Shown: positions 24,810 through 37,869 of the stretch, in pieces
Position numbering within the stretch: position 1 is the stretch's first letter
Layout: each line of letters starts with the position of its first letter
Source: Mobula birostris
Taxonomy: Eukaryota
Length of the DNA: 64,000 bases
Direction: 5' to 3'
Assembly (NCBI RefSeq): GCF_030028105.1
Contig: NC_092378.1
Span: forward strand, 99,561,731-99,625,730
Made by a program: the position numbers and the translations under genes
The notes under the pieces: model-generated
Told to the model about the DNA's origin: nothing
The model's database searches: none
Seen by the model: the letters and a program-made list of their open reading frames with translations, nothing else

Positions 24810-26516
24810 TTTTTCTGAGCTCAAGCTGGTAAAAACCTGAGGTATAGGCATAGCTAATCACGTGTAGTTCTCAATTGCTAGAACTTTTGGACTGTTTTAG
24901 TAGTGTTTATTATTGTGAATTCTGAAGATTTACATAGATATTTCTGTGTAGTCCTAATTGTTGAATGCTTTTCTGTCATGGCTTTGGGATGACACCAGGT
25001 GTAGATATTACTATTGGGATAATGTATACCCTGTACATGTTACATAGTCTTTTAGTTTCCTCTTTTAATTCTGCATATTTCTGGTGTTTTCACTTATTAA
25101 TTTCTGTAGGTTACGAGGGGTGATTGATAAGTTCGTGGCCTAAGGTAGAAGGAGATGAGGAGAAACTTCAAACTTTCTGCATTTTCACTCAAAGAGTTGA
25201 ACTGCACGTGCATGTAACGAGAGCTGTATAACTCATCTCCTTCTATCTCAGGCCATGAACTTATCAATCACCCCTGCTGTGGACCACCTGGAGGTCCAAG
25301 ACACTCTTGTTACATGCACGTGCAGTTCAACTCTTTGAGTGATAATGCAGAAAGTTTGAAGTTAATAACTCATCTCTTTCTACCTTAGGCCACAAAGTTA
25401 TCAATCACCCCTGCTGTGGACCACTTCTACAAAGAAGGGATCCATATGCTCCACCATCGCTGGACTAAGTGTGTACATGTAGGAGGGGGCTATGTTGAAA
25501 AATAAATGTGCTAGGTTTTCTAAAATTGACTCCTTCTACCATAGGCAACAAACTTATCAATCACCCCTCATAAGTGTGTTTGGAATGGTTATATCTGTTT
25601 AGTTGTGCTTGCTTGTTTATCCTGTATTATTATATCCGGGCAGTTATTATGCATTTCTCTGTCTGGAATAATGGATCAGTCGTAAAATGGATCTGACTCG
25701 AAAACTGGACCAGACTTCTATTTATAGTAAGTCATGGTGTCTTTTATGAGTTTGTATTTTAAAACAAGATTTTGGTGAATGATGTTTGCCACTTGATTGT
25801 GCCTGTGTAAGTAATCAGATTGAGTTAAACTGCTACAGGATCCTGTAATGTGTTGGATTGTTTCTCGTTTTCCTTGGCATTTTCTACATTTATCATCTTG
25901 AATTTGTTGCTTTTTGATAATGTATTTTTGATAATTTTTTGTGTAACCACCTGGCCCAGTATTGCCACAAAGAACCCTTTTGTTTCTGGGAAGCGATCTC
26001 AATTTCGAGCCAGGCATTCGATGCTTCCTTGTCGACATCTAGTCTGCTCATATCATGGGTATATCTTCTATGGAGGGTCAGACTTTTTCATTGGTTAACT
26101 CTTTTTTTCTAAAGTGATACGTTCTTCATTTTCCTGGGTTGTACTTTCATTTCAGTTTAGTGATGTGTAGTTCTTTTCAGAATTTGCTTATGCTCATGTG
26201 GAGTGCTGAATCCTGTTTTCATTGATGAAAATATATCCTTAGAAATTTTATCTGACTGTTGTCTTTTTTTTGTCTGTTATTCCTCTTCCTCCTTCTGTTG
26301 TAGGTCGTGTTAATCTAAGTGTGTTCGAGAGTACATATTGTTTTCTAAAATTTGTCATTTCAGTTCTCATTTTTCTTTGTAAATTTTCCAGATCGGTTTC
26401 AGACTAAAATATTATGCCAAAAGAATGCATTAATATAGATGTAGAAGAAATGTTTATTGCTTTTGTTATATTTTTACTATGAGGTTCTGTTTGGCAGATC
26501 TTTTCGAGCCTTGTAG
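24810..26516 (-). mobile_element. Degraded R4-clade (Dong/Rex6-like) restriction-like-endonuclease LINE
   Basis: ORF 25718-26038 carries CRKC...ETIQHITGSC (CCHC knuckle) and YLHRHNQVANIIH. A PDII-type REL motif follows at ~25625-25640, and a terminal NTTKTVQKF-like end at ~24880-24910. Confidence 0.7.
25114..25570 (+). mobile_element. Non-autonomous mariner-derived MITE (Hsmar2/irritans-like termini)
   Basis: TA at 25112-13 and 25571-72; ~40-bp TIR cgaggggtgattgataagttcgtggcctaaggtagaaggag; transposase C-terminal relic FYKEGIHMLHHRWTKCVHVGGGYVEK* at ~25425-25505. Confidence 0.88.
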
Positions 26517-26601
26517 TAATTATTATTACTTAAATTACTAATATTTATTTTTATATTATAATTGTCGGGGTTGGGTGGAGTCTTTCATTGATTCTATTGT
26601 G

Positions 26602-27637
26602 ATGTCATTCCATGACGTGTCCTTCTGTAAAGAATGGGGTTTCTTCCCCTCCGCTATCGATGCTGCCCTACCTACATCTCCTCCATTTCTCATACATTTA
26701 CACTCACTTCATTGTCTGCTGCCATAATAGTGATAGAGATCCCCCCTGTCCTGACCTACCCATCAGCTTTCTCATCCAACACATTATTTTCTGCAACTTC
26801 CACCATCACCAAAGGGATCCTACCACCAGACGTATCCTTACCTTCCCCCCCGCCTCCTGCTTTCCACAAGGAACATTCCCTCTGTCATTCCCTTATCCAT
26901 TCGTGCTTCCTCACTAATCTCCCTCCAGGCATTTATCCCTGCAAGCATCCTACGTGCTACACCTGGCCATACACCTCCTCCCTCACCTCTATTCAGAGCT
27001 CCAAACAGTCCTTCCAGGTGAGGCAACACTTCAACTGCGAATCTGAAGGGGTTGTCTTTTGTGTCTGGTGCTCTGAATGTGGACTCCTATGTTGGTGAAG
27101 CACATTGTAAATTGGGGGACTGCTTTGTTGAGCACCTCTGCGCCATCTGCCACAAGAGGGACATCCCGGTAGCCAAACATTTTAATTCCAATTCCCATTC
27201 CTGTTTTGATGTGTTGATCCATGGCTTCTTGTGCCAAGATGAGGCCACGCTCAGGGTGGAGGAGCAACACCTTATATTTCATCTGGATATTCACCATCCT
27301 GATCATATGAATATCAATTTCTCCTTCTGGTGAAATCCCTTCCCCCTCTTTCTCTATTCCCCACTCTGACCTTTCACTTGCCTATTACTTCCCCTTGGGT
27401 CCCCTTCTCCTTTCCTTTCTCCTATTGTCCACTCTCCTCTCCTATCAGGTTCTTTCTTCTCCAGCCCTTGACCTTTCCCACCCACCTGACTTCAGCTATC
27501 ACCTTCCAGCTAACCTCTTTCCCCTCCCCCACCTTTTTGACATGAAGAAGGGTCTCAGCTAGAAATGTCAACTGCTTACTCTTTCCCATAGATCCTACCT
27601 GACCTGCTTGGTTCCTCCTGCATTTTTTGTGCATTGT
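26602..27637 (+). mobile_element. 5'-truncated Penelope-like element with 14-bp TSD
   Basis: GIY-YIG remnant (FQVRQHFNCESEGVVFCVWCSECG; YVGEAHCKLGDCFVEHL); TSD ttgattctattgtg at 26588-26601 and 27638-27651. Confidence 0.85.
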
Positions 27638-28589
27638 TTGATTCTATTGTGTTTCTTGGATTTACTGTGTATGCCCGCAAGGAAATGAATCTCAGGTCAG
27701 TACATGGTGATACATATGTACTTTGGTAATAAATTTACTTTGAACTTCGAACTGTGAACTTAAAGGTCTCTTCAATGTAGAATCTGCATAAGCTTCTCTC
27801 TGACCCTTTAGTAATTATTTAGTCCCGCATCAGCTCAGCCCCGAGTCTCCATTTTTCTAATACTGACCTAAGGCTCGTGGCCAATGTATGACACAACATC
27901 TGACAGACTTGAGCGACGCTGCTGTTTCCATGGTGTTCTTTACTGAGCCTTAAACGCACAGAAACCTCATCATCATTTCAATGGAGCCAGCTGCCCTGGA
28001 TCCACCAGCTAACATTCAAAGCAAAATTTAAGATACAAAATTGGGTTCTTTGATCATTCTGATCAAGAAAGTGGATACATAACACTATTTTCTTCAAAAT
28101 TATTGAATGGGATATCAAAATTTCCTGGAATTAAATGGAATAAAGACCATTTCATGTCACTGCCGAAAATCTTGGAAAAGTTCTTTGGGTGTCCACAATT
28201 GGATTCCATAGTGATGTCAATTTTCATGCACCACTATTCTCTGAGGCATGGCTAAGGTTCAGTGACATTATTCAAACTGCTCCTTTTTTTTTGCAGTCTA
28301 TTGGTGCTGCTGGTGATGTTGGTGACTGCAATATTTGTCAGTTTTTGATGCCAGCAGTAGCAAGGGTGCAACAGTGTTCTAACACACCAGCTTTGGAGCA
28401 AATGAATTTCTAGGCCAGAGTTTGTAAACATGAACACATACAAAACATTTCTAACCATATCCTAACCAAGTTCAATTCCTCCTTCACCTCTCCCTAACAG
28501 AGCTATAAAGGCTTCTTATTGTGAGAAAACTTTTACAAAATATTCTGCAAAATATTGCTTCCAAAATTTGAAACGTGAGCTGTGCAGTG

Positions 28590-29330
28590 CCATTAGTCAC
28601 TTGCAAAGTACACACCCTGATGGTTTCTTTATTGTTGCTGATGACTTCAACCATGCTAACTTAAAACCAGTCCTGCTTAAATTCTATCAGCATGTTGACT
28701 TTGCTACCAGAGGTGAGAATACATGAGACCTGTTTTATACAATGCTGCTCCTGGTCTCCACATTGGCTCCTTATCTGCATTCCAACTACTGACTAAATGT
28801 GTCAAGCCAGTTCAAAGGGAGCAACCTCAGCATTCCAGGACTGATTTGTAAAAAACGGACGGGAATATGTTCAGAGAGGCGGTTACCTATGGCATCAATT
28901 AACATCGATGAATTGAGGGAAGACCGCAAAGAGGATCATCTTCCGCCATTAGAGATATTTATCAAGGTGCTGCATATGCAGGGCCATTAGCATTGTCAAT
29001 GATCCTTCCCACCCACCCAACAATCTCTTAACCCCTACCATCAGGCCATAGCATTAGGAAAAGAACTGATAAGATGGGAAACAGCTTCTTCATTCAGGCT
29101 TTCAGACTATTGAATTCCCTGCCACCACCCAGGTCTCATCACATATGAAGCGTCAGTAGCGTTATACTGTTTACTTTTGAACTTACATCATATTTGCACC
29201 TTATTAATTGTTCATTTATTTATGTGTTATGTGTGTGAGTTATATGCACCCTGGTCAGGAGGAAAGTTATTTTGGTGGGCGGTGTACATGTATACAGTTG
29301 AATGACAATAAACTGAACTTGAACTTGTAG
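28590..29330 (+). mobile_element. Highly deleted Rex1/Babar-like LINE remnant
   Basis: EN-like DDFNHANLK at ~28640, C-terminal SFFIQAFRLLN at ~29085, tail aataaactgaacttgaactt. Confidence 0.55.
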
Positions 29331-30479
29331 TGCAAACTGCATGAAGAATATGGCCAGAGAGTAAAATGAGAGTATGGTTATGAAGTTGATAATGCAATGA
29401 TGAATATTTAATAATGGGAAGTGGAAAAATAAAATGCACATGCATACTAGTCACATATACAGTGTTTTCCCTTTTTGATTCCAAACTTTGACATTACTTT
29501 TACAGCAGGCACTGTGTGTGGTTGAGAAAAGGGAAAAAGTAGAGGTACCCGGGAAATAGTTCCGCTTTGCTCTGGCAGAGCAAGGCAAAGTTGAAATCCT
29601 GTTCTACACAGGCTAAACAGGCACTGTTCTTTGGGTAAGAAACTGAAGGCTCACTGAAGGGAATGTGCTGAATTTTAATGATTAGTTATTGTGTGCAAAC
29701 AGCCCTTTGTCTTTTGTTTTATCCAGCGCACAATGAAAGAATTAATTGAACAGAAAATGACAGGGCATATAGCTGACAAGTCATTAATGCCTTCTGTATA
29801 GTTGATTGGATACACATGTGGGCAGAATTTCAAATTCAATTTCTCCCTTCCTGCCCCAGTATGGACAGCAGGTTGTGAAGGAAGGTGTGCCAGAACATGG
29901 AAACGCTGTCACAAGCAATGACATTCTTTTATTTTTATTTCTTACTTTTAATCCATAGCTTTATAAGGAAGGAAGTATTTTAATCTTTTGGACTACAATT
30001 ATTTTGTTCCAATTGCTAGCAATTTTTTTTACAAGATTTCTAAGTCTTGTGAAGAAATCCTTGCTTTCAACATACCTAGTTGTTGCTGACAGAAGATTGA
30101 AATCCTGCACCCTATGACAGCAGACCAAGTATAGGCAGTCCTTTATGATTAATGCTGAAACACATCTTAAACACAGTTAGCTTATAGCCATAAAAGTGAG
30201 CAGGGGCTGTCAGGATTTTCAGCAGAGCTTGAGATCACGCAAGTCATTGCTAGTGGTGAGTAGTGTGAGATTTGAACAGTGAGTAGGACCTGTTGGGACT
30301 TCCAGTGGAGCTTGAGATCATTTGGGTTATTAGGCACTTGGTAAGGGCCAATAAAAAGAAGTTAGGTTTAAGCAGAGTGGTCGTAGTATGAGTAGTCAAG
30401 TGTTAGAATGGGGAGCTAAGGCTTTGGTTCAAGAGGCTCTGGTGAGAAGAGACAGAGGCTAAAATAAGCTTCCAGTAAG

Positions 30480-33270
30480 TTTCTTTTGTTCTCATTGCAC
30501 AGTTAGATCAGTGGGAATGACAGTCAGAACAGTGGAGTGCTCCGCTTTAGGTATATGTGAAGACAGGGTCCCTGATGACTACACTTGCAAAAAGTGCATC
30601 CAGCTGTAGCTTCTTATGGATCCTGTTAGTGAATGAGCTAGAGCTGGATGAACTCTGGATCATTCACGAGGCTGACTGGTTGATTGAGAGGAGATACAGG
30701 AGTTTTCCCATACTGTAAAAGAGGTGGATGGGATAGAGTTTGTCAGATGTTTTCAGGGAAGTTTCCTAGATCAATATGTAGAGGTTCCAACTCCAGGAAG
30801 TGTGATACTGAATCTCCTATTAGGTAATAAGACGGGGCAGGTAACAGAAATGCATGTGGGGGAACACATTAGATCTAGTGATCATAATTCTTTTAATTTC
30901 AAGATAATTATTGAGATGGATACAACTGGTTCTTGGGTTGAGATTCTAAATTAGAGGAAAGCCAATTTTGATTTGATTAGGGAGCTTATGATAAAGGAAC
31001 CCTTAGGAGGTAGTGATCAAAATATGATAGGATTCACCCTACAGTTTGAGAGGGAGAAGCTAAAATCAGATGTATTGGTATAACAATGGAATGAAGAGAA
31101 CTACAGAGGCATGAGGGAGGAGCTGGCCAATGTTGATTGGAAGAGGACACCAGCAGGGATAATGGCAGAGCATCAATGGTGGGAGTTTCTGGGAGCAATC
31201 CGGAAGGTGCAGGATAGGTTCATCCCAAAGAAGAAGTGTTCTAAAGAGTGGATGAGTCAACTGTGGCAGATAAGGGGAGTGAAAGACAGCATAAAAGCAA
31301 AAGGGAGAAAATATAATATAGCAAACAAAATAAGCAATTAAAAAGCAATTAGGAAAGAAAAGATGAAATATGAAAGTAATCTAGCCAATGATATAGAAGA
31401 TACCAGAAGGTTTTTTCAAATATATAAAGAATAAAAGGGAAGCAAGAGTGGATATTGGACCACTGGAAATTGATGCTAGACCGATAGACAAAGAAATGGC
31501 GGATGAATTGAGTAAGTATTTTGTATCAGTCTTCACTGTGGAAGACACCAGCAGTATGCTGGAAGTTCAAAAGTGTCAGGGGCAGAAGTGAGTGTAGTTG
31601 CTATTACACTGAGGAGAAGGTACTTGGGAAGCTGAAAGATCTGAAGGTAGATAGGTCACCTGGACCATGTGGACTACACTCCAGGGTTCTGAAAGAGGTA
31701 GCTGAAGAGGTTGTGCAGGCATCAGTAGTGATCTTTCAAGAATCATTAGAATGAATCCAGAGGACTGGAAAATTGCACATGTCACTCCACTCTTTAGGTA
31801 CAGAGGGAGCCAATAGGAAATTACAATATAGGCCAGTTAACCTGACTTCATTGATTGCAAAGAAGCCAGAGTTCATAATTAAGGATGAAGTTCTGGGATA
31901 CTTGGAGACACATGATAAAATAGATTGAAGTCGGCATGGGGAAATTTTGCCTGACAAAGCCATTGGAGTTCTTTGAGAAAGTAACTGGCAGGATAGAAAA
32001 AGGAGAATCAGTGGATGCTGTTTACTTGGATTTTCTGAAGACCTTTTGACAAGGTGCCGCACATGATGCTGCTAGGCAAGATAAGAGCCCATGGTATTAC
32101 AGGAAAGATACTAGCATGGATTGGCTGATTGGCAGAGGAAAAAGTGTGTGCAAATAAAGGGGGCCTTTTCTGGATAGCTTCCAGTAACTAGCAATGTTGG
32201 ACTGAGTCAGCATTGGGACTGTTTCTTTTCATGTTATATGTCAGTGATATGGATGATGGAATTGGTTGCTTGGTGGCTAAGTTTGCGGAAGATAAAAAGA
32301 TAGGTGGAGGAGAAGATAGTGTTGAGGAAGCTGAGAGTCTGCAGAAGGACTTAGACAAATTAGGAGAATGGGCAAAGAAGTGGCAAATGGAATATAGTGT
32401 AGGGAAGTATATTTTCATTCACTTTGGTAGAAGGAGTAGTCATAGTCATAGTCATAGTCATACTTTATTGATCCCGAGGGAAATTGGTTTTCGTTACAGT
32501 TGCACCAACCAAGAATAGAGTACAAATATAGCAATATAAAACCATAAATAATTAAATAGTAATATGTAAATTATGCCAGGAAATAAGTCCAGGACCAGCC
32601 TATTGGCTGAATACAGGCAGAGACTATTTTTTAAACAGGAAGCAAATTCAGAAATCAGAGGTGCAAAGTTGAGTCAGTGGTAAGAAAGGCAAATGTAATG
32701 TTGGTTTTCATCTTGAGGGTCTGAGGATTTATAAGGCTTTAATCAGACCACATATGGAGTATTGTGAGCCCCTTATTTAAGAAAGGATTTGCTGTCATTG
32801 GAAAGGGTCACTGGAATGAAAGGGTTAACATATGAGAACCCTTGATGGTGCTGGGCCTGTACTTGCTGGAGTTTAGAAGAATAAGGGGGAATCTCATTGT
32901 TACATTGAATATTGAAAGGCCTAGATAGAGAGGACATTGAGAAGTTTCCTATAGTGTGGATCTATGACCAGAGGGCACAGCCTCAGAGTAGAAGGGTGAT
33001 CCCTCAAGAACAGAGATGAGAGGAAATTTCTTTGACCAGAGAATGGTGAATCAGTGGAATTCATTGCCACAGATTCATTGCCACAGAAGTTATTGGGTAT
33101 ATTTAAAGCAGAGGTTGATAGGTTCCAGGTTAGTCAGGGTGTCAAAGGGTAAAGGGTTCAGAAGGCAGGAGAATGGGTTTGAAAGGGATAATAAATCAGC
33201 CATGACTCAATGGTGGAATAGACTCAATGGACCGAGTGGCCTAATTCTGCTCCTATGTCTTATGGTCTTA
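30480..33270 (+). mobile_element. Degraded composite CR1 LINE (two subfamilies joined near 30970; small insertion at ~32437-32610)
   Basis: ORF fragments 30724-30954 (SSDHN), 31111-31341, 31521-31754, 32213-32518 (KFAED) and 33016-33273; tail cttatggtcttatg. Confidence 0.88.
32437..32609 (-). mobile_element. Short LINE 3'-end insertion with (GACTAT)n tail inside CR1
   Basis: tagtcatagtcatagtcatagtcatactttatt interrupts CR1 between HFGRR and the following YFLN segment. Confidence 0.6.
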
Positions 33271-33389
33271 TGAAGCCAGAGGTTGTAGATATGGTCCTAA
33301 ATGAATAACTTCCTAGGAGAAGAACATACTTAGGACCTGGAGAATTCCGAGGTAGGGAGGGTGGTGAAACTCTGTAACCATCTCTCATT

Positions 33390-33900
33390 TAAAAAGAGGA
33401 ACTATTGGATGTTTTAGATGGTTTAAAAGTGGATACATCCCAAGGGCCTGATGTGATGTATCCTAGGCTGCTGTAGGATGCAGCTGAGAAGATTGTTGGG
33501 GACCTACAGATATTCTTAAATCTTCACTGGATACAAGTTAGAAGAACAGCAAATGTGGTACCTTTACTTAAGAAAGGCAATAAGACAGTTAACTATATGC
33601 CAGTAAGTATAAAGTCGCTGGTAGGGAACTTTCTGGAGAAACCTCTGGGGAAGAGGATTAACATGCACTTGGAAGGGCATGATTTAATCAAAGAGAAAAT
33701 CCCATCTGACCAATCTGATTGAATTTTATAAAGAGATAGCAAAATATATTGACAAGGGCAGTGCAGTTGCCCTAGTCTATGGGAAATTCAGTAAGCACTC
33801 ATGTGAGACTGGTCCCAAAGGTTAGAGTTCATTAGATTCATGGCATGTTGGCAAATTGGGTCCAAAATTGGTTTGATAATAGGAGACAGAGGGTGTTGTG
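33390..33900 (+). mobile_element. Degraded CR1 RT fragment
   Basis: SQGPDVMYPRLL, VVPLLKKG and NY.PVS motifs recognisable in DNA. Confidence 0.7.
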
Positions 33901-34206
33901 TTTCCTGTGCCTTCATATCTCCTTCTTCATTTTGCAAGTATGTTATTGCTAACCTAATAACCTTATCATTAACTTTCTCTGCATCAACAGTTGGACCTTC
34001 CAGCAAGGTTCCTTAATGAAGGAAGACATGTTCTGTTTATTCTCAAATGCAGTTGTACTGGCATGTATTTAGGTGCCTTCAGTGAAGCACATGTACTTTT
34101 AAAAATAGGTAAATAAAGAGGGTTAGAAATGAATTTTAAACAGACATATGCTGGCATTCTTTTCTGCTTCATTTCTCAGTCTCACTGGTGGAACTATAAA
34201 CATAAT

Positions 34207-34850
34207 TCTGAATCAGAATCAGGTTTAATATCACCAGCATATGTCATGCAATTTGTTGTCTTTGCAGCAACAGTACAATTCAAAACATAATAATATATAA
34301 AAACATAAGTATATATTAAATAGTTAAATTAAATAAATAATGCAAAAATAGAAATAAAAAGGTATTGAGGAAGTGTTCATAGATTCAATGTCTATTCAGA
34401 AATCAGAGGCAGAGGGGAAGAAGCTGTTCCTTAATTGTTGAGTGTGTGCCTTCAGGCTTCTGTACCTCCTTCCTGATGGCAGTAATGAGAACAAGGCATG
34501 ACCTGGGTACTGGGGGTCCTTAATGATGGATGCTGCCTTTTTGAGGCATCACTCCTTGAAGATGTCCTGGATACTACAAAGGCTAGTTCCCATGATGGAG
34601 CTGACTAAGTTTACAACTTTCTGCAGCTTATTTTGATCCTGTGCAGCAGTTCCCACCCCTCATACCAGAAGGTGATGCAGCCATTTAGAATACTCTCCAC
34701 AGTACATCTGTAGAAATTTGCGAGTGATTTTGGTGACATACCAAATTTCCTCAAACTCCTAATGAAGTATAGCCATCATCATGCCTTCTTTATAGCTGTG
34801 TTGGGTCCAGGATAGATCCTTAGAGATATTGACACCCAGGAACTTGAAAT
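34207..34850 (-). mobile_element. Rex1/Babar LINE 3' fragment
   Basis: gaatcagaatcagg tail; homologous to 38750-39280. Confidence 0.8.
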
Positions 34851-35564
34851 TTACTCTGTTTTAACTTACAGTTTGAAACAGGCTCATACTGCATCTATCA
34901 GGTCTAGAGTTTGTGGTTAGAAAATTGTACAGTGTGGAGGTGCAGAGATGAAGATTGGAGACTTGGTTGTCACCTACTCCCTGATCACAGACTACTTCAG
35001 TCATATGGAGTCATCCATAAAAGCCCTCACTTCCTTTGTACTTGCATTAGCTTTTATTTTTTTGTGAGGGTCTTTAGTCTTTCCTTATCTTCCTGGATTC
35101 TTTTTAGATCTACTCTGATATGGAACAAAGGTCATTGAGCTCAAGCTTGCAGGTCAATGCTCAAGATTGCTTCACCTACTGACAGCCTCTTAAAATGTTA
35201 CATTCTTCAATCTTCCTCATTTGCCAAAGAATACAGGCACATTTATTTTTGTGACGGGAATATAAAAGTGGCTGTGAATGCTTCGGCTGAAAACAAACTC
35301 ATTCTTCCTGTTTGGCTTTGTAACTCACTCCCCATTTGACCTCACAGTTTATGTAATCAGACATCATCCTGTGATTTATTTTCTTTAGAATTCTGCTCCT
35401 CTTCATATCAGTATTTAATATTCAGTGAACAGCTCTGTCCGCTGCCCCTTTTCTTGGCGTACTCAAGGGATTTGAGTCTGTAATCCAGACTGACTGGAAC
35501 TCAGACAGAGACCCGAGGATGAACTGAAGCACTGAATGTTCCTAGGTGGATCATATGGACAGAG

Positions 35565-35880
35565 AGTCACAGAGACATACAATGCAGAAACAAGCCCTTT
35601 GGCTCACTTTTCGCACTGAACATCAAGCACCCAATGACACTAATTTTATTTTCTCCACATTCCCATAACTCTCCCCATATTCCATCATTCACCAGTGCAC
35701 CTGGGCCAGTTTGCAGTGGCCAATTAACCCAGCAACCCTCAGTATTTGGGCTATGAGAAGAAACTGGACCACCCAGAGCAAATATTTCTGGTTGCAGGGA
35801 GAGCAAACAACACTGGAGATCAGCATTGAACTCTTGTCTCTGGCATTGAAAGGGAGCTGTCCTACTGTGCCATCCTACAC
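35565..35880 (-). mobile_element. V-SINE-like element
   Basis: Collinear with 18670-19010 and 45715-45990. Confidence 0.6.
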
Positions 35881-35949
35881 AAAAAGCAGCTCTCAGCAAT
35901 ATTTATCTTTGTCAATATGACTCAAACAGATTATCTGGTTACTTCTACA

Positions 35950-37800
35950 TCAGAATCAGAATCAGGTTTAAATATTACTGGAATATTATAGTGTATTTAA
36001 ATTTCAGTAATATTTGAGTAATATTGTAAATATATTGTTTGATCAAGCATTCTTTATTGTTTGCACAATTCATTATGGGTTATATGTAAAAGTACATGAA
36101 TGGCATACATCGTTATACCACCACGTCATATGTGCGCGCCTCACCAAGGAAATGGAAAGTAAAAAAGTAATTAGATCTGCTCCATGCACCCATATTTTTC
36201 ATTCAATTTTTTTTTTGTAATTACAAAGCATAGCACATATGTTGTGAAATCTGTTGTTTTGCAGCAACAGTACAATGCAATACATAACAAAAACTCTAAG
36301 TTACAATAAGAAGTATATACAAAAATTAAAGAGGTAGTGCAGAAAGAGAGGGAACAAAGGTGAGGTAGTGTTCATGGGTTCATTGTCCATTCAGAAACCT
36401 GATGGTGGAGGGGAAGAAGTTGTTCCTGAAACATTGAGTGCGCTTCTCAGGCTCCTGTACCACCTTCTTGATGGAAACATGGAGCAGAGGGCATGTCCTG
36501 GGTGCCTTAACGACGGATGCCACCTTTTTGGGGCATTGTTTTTTAAGGTGTACTCGATGCTGAAGAGGCTTGTGCTCATGATAGAGCTGGTTGAGCTTAC
36601 AACTTTCTGTAGCTTTTTCTAATCCTGTGCAGTGGCCCCACCATACCAAATAGTGATATAATTAGTTAGTATGCTCTCCACGGTACATCTGTAGAAATTT
36701 GCGAGAGTCTTTGCTGACATACCAAGTCTCCTCAGACTCCTGATGAAATATAGCCACTGTCACGCCTTCTTTGTAATGGCATAACTATTTTCTTCTCCGT
36801 GGATTGTCACCTTGTCATGATGGAGAGGCTCGTGTGGTCCTGTGACCCCAAGAGCAATGCCATCTGGAGCTATGCTCCTGGTAGGGTCACCCATGATAGT
36901 GAGGTCAAAAGAGAGGCCCCTGATGAAGGATAATCCAACCAAGACCTCAACGGTGGAACAGGAGGATGAAGTTACTTTGAAATCAACAGCTGTGAAGGCG
37001 GATAAAGGCTGCAACAAATCCATCAGCTCCAATCGTCGTGGTTTCCATGCCATTGGAATCAGTTGGTTGATTTGTGAAGTATCGTGTGCTTCTTGGAGTG
37101 CAACATCAAGTACACGTTAAACAAATACACGCACAGGCGTCTTCACTCTGTACAGAATGAAGACCATCATCCTCAACCTCGAGGGATAGCCATGACGATG
37201 ACTATGTTATACCCAGGATAAGTCTTCAAAGCAGTTGAAGCCCAGGAACTTAAAACTGCTCACTCTTTTCATTGTTGATCCCTCAATGAGGACTGGATTG
37301 TGTTCCCTCAACTTCCCCTTCCTGAAGTCCACAATCAATTCCTTGGTCTTACTGATGCTGAGTGTAAGATTGTTGTTTTAACGCCACTCAACCAGCTGAT
37401 CTATCTCACTCCTGTATACCTCCTTGTCAACATCTGAAATTCTGCCAACAAAGCTTGTTTCATTGGCTGATTTATAGATACCATTTGAACCATGCCGAGC
37501 CATATGGTTGTGAGCATAGAGAGAGTAGAACAGTGGGCTAAGCACGCATCTTTGAGGTGCACCTGGGTTGATTGTCAGTGAGGAAGTGACGTTATTTCCA
37601 ATCCGCATAGACTGTTGTCTCCCATTGAGGAAGTCAAGGGCACAGTTGCAGAGGGAGGTACAGAGGCCCAGGTTTTTGAGCTTGTTGATTAGAATTGAGG
37701 GTGTGATTATGTTGAAGGCGGAATCATTTTCAGTAAACATCAGCCTGGCGTAGAGTCAGGTGATCCAATGCTGAGTGGAGAGCCAGTGAGATTGTATCTA
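35950..37800 (-). mobile_element. Rex1/Babar LINE, 5'-truncated, interrupted by insertions (including 36789-37200)
   Basis: RT fragment 37378-37740 (SAFNIITP...GAPQRCVLSPLFYSLY), C-terminus 36380-36649, (TCAGAA)n tail at 35950. Confidence 0.8.
36789..37200 (+). mobile_element. Bipartite non-autonomous RTE-derived element (RTE 5' UTR plus 3' tail)
   Basis: 5' part gtcaccttgtcatgatggagaggctc...ctatgctcctggtagggtcaccca resembles RTE (Expander/BovB) 5' UTRs; ends gatagccatgacgatg; flanking actat at 36784-36788 and 37201-37205. Confidence 0.6.
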
Positions 37801-37869
37801 TAATGCATCAATATATTCTATAATTACCTGTGAAGTCTCAAAGTACACCTACATCATTACATGCAATGC

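Larger units (their letters stand above)
24265..27760 (+). mobile_element. Rex1/Babar LINE 3' part, interrupted by R4-like and PLE insertions
   Basis: Coding remnant 24265-24690 (KKAQQ..FYRFVVDSTLTGCITAW); 3' UTR pieces ~24700-24800, ~26520-26601 and 27638-27760 ending in aataaa...ttgaacttcgaact. Confidence 0.65.

Noticed and set aside
28189-28458. Short overlapping ORFs in unique-looking sequence
   Set aside because: No recognisable domain or splice-consistent exon structure.
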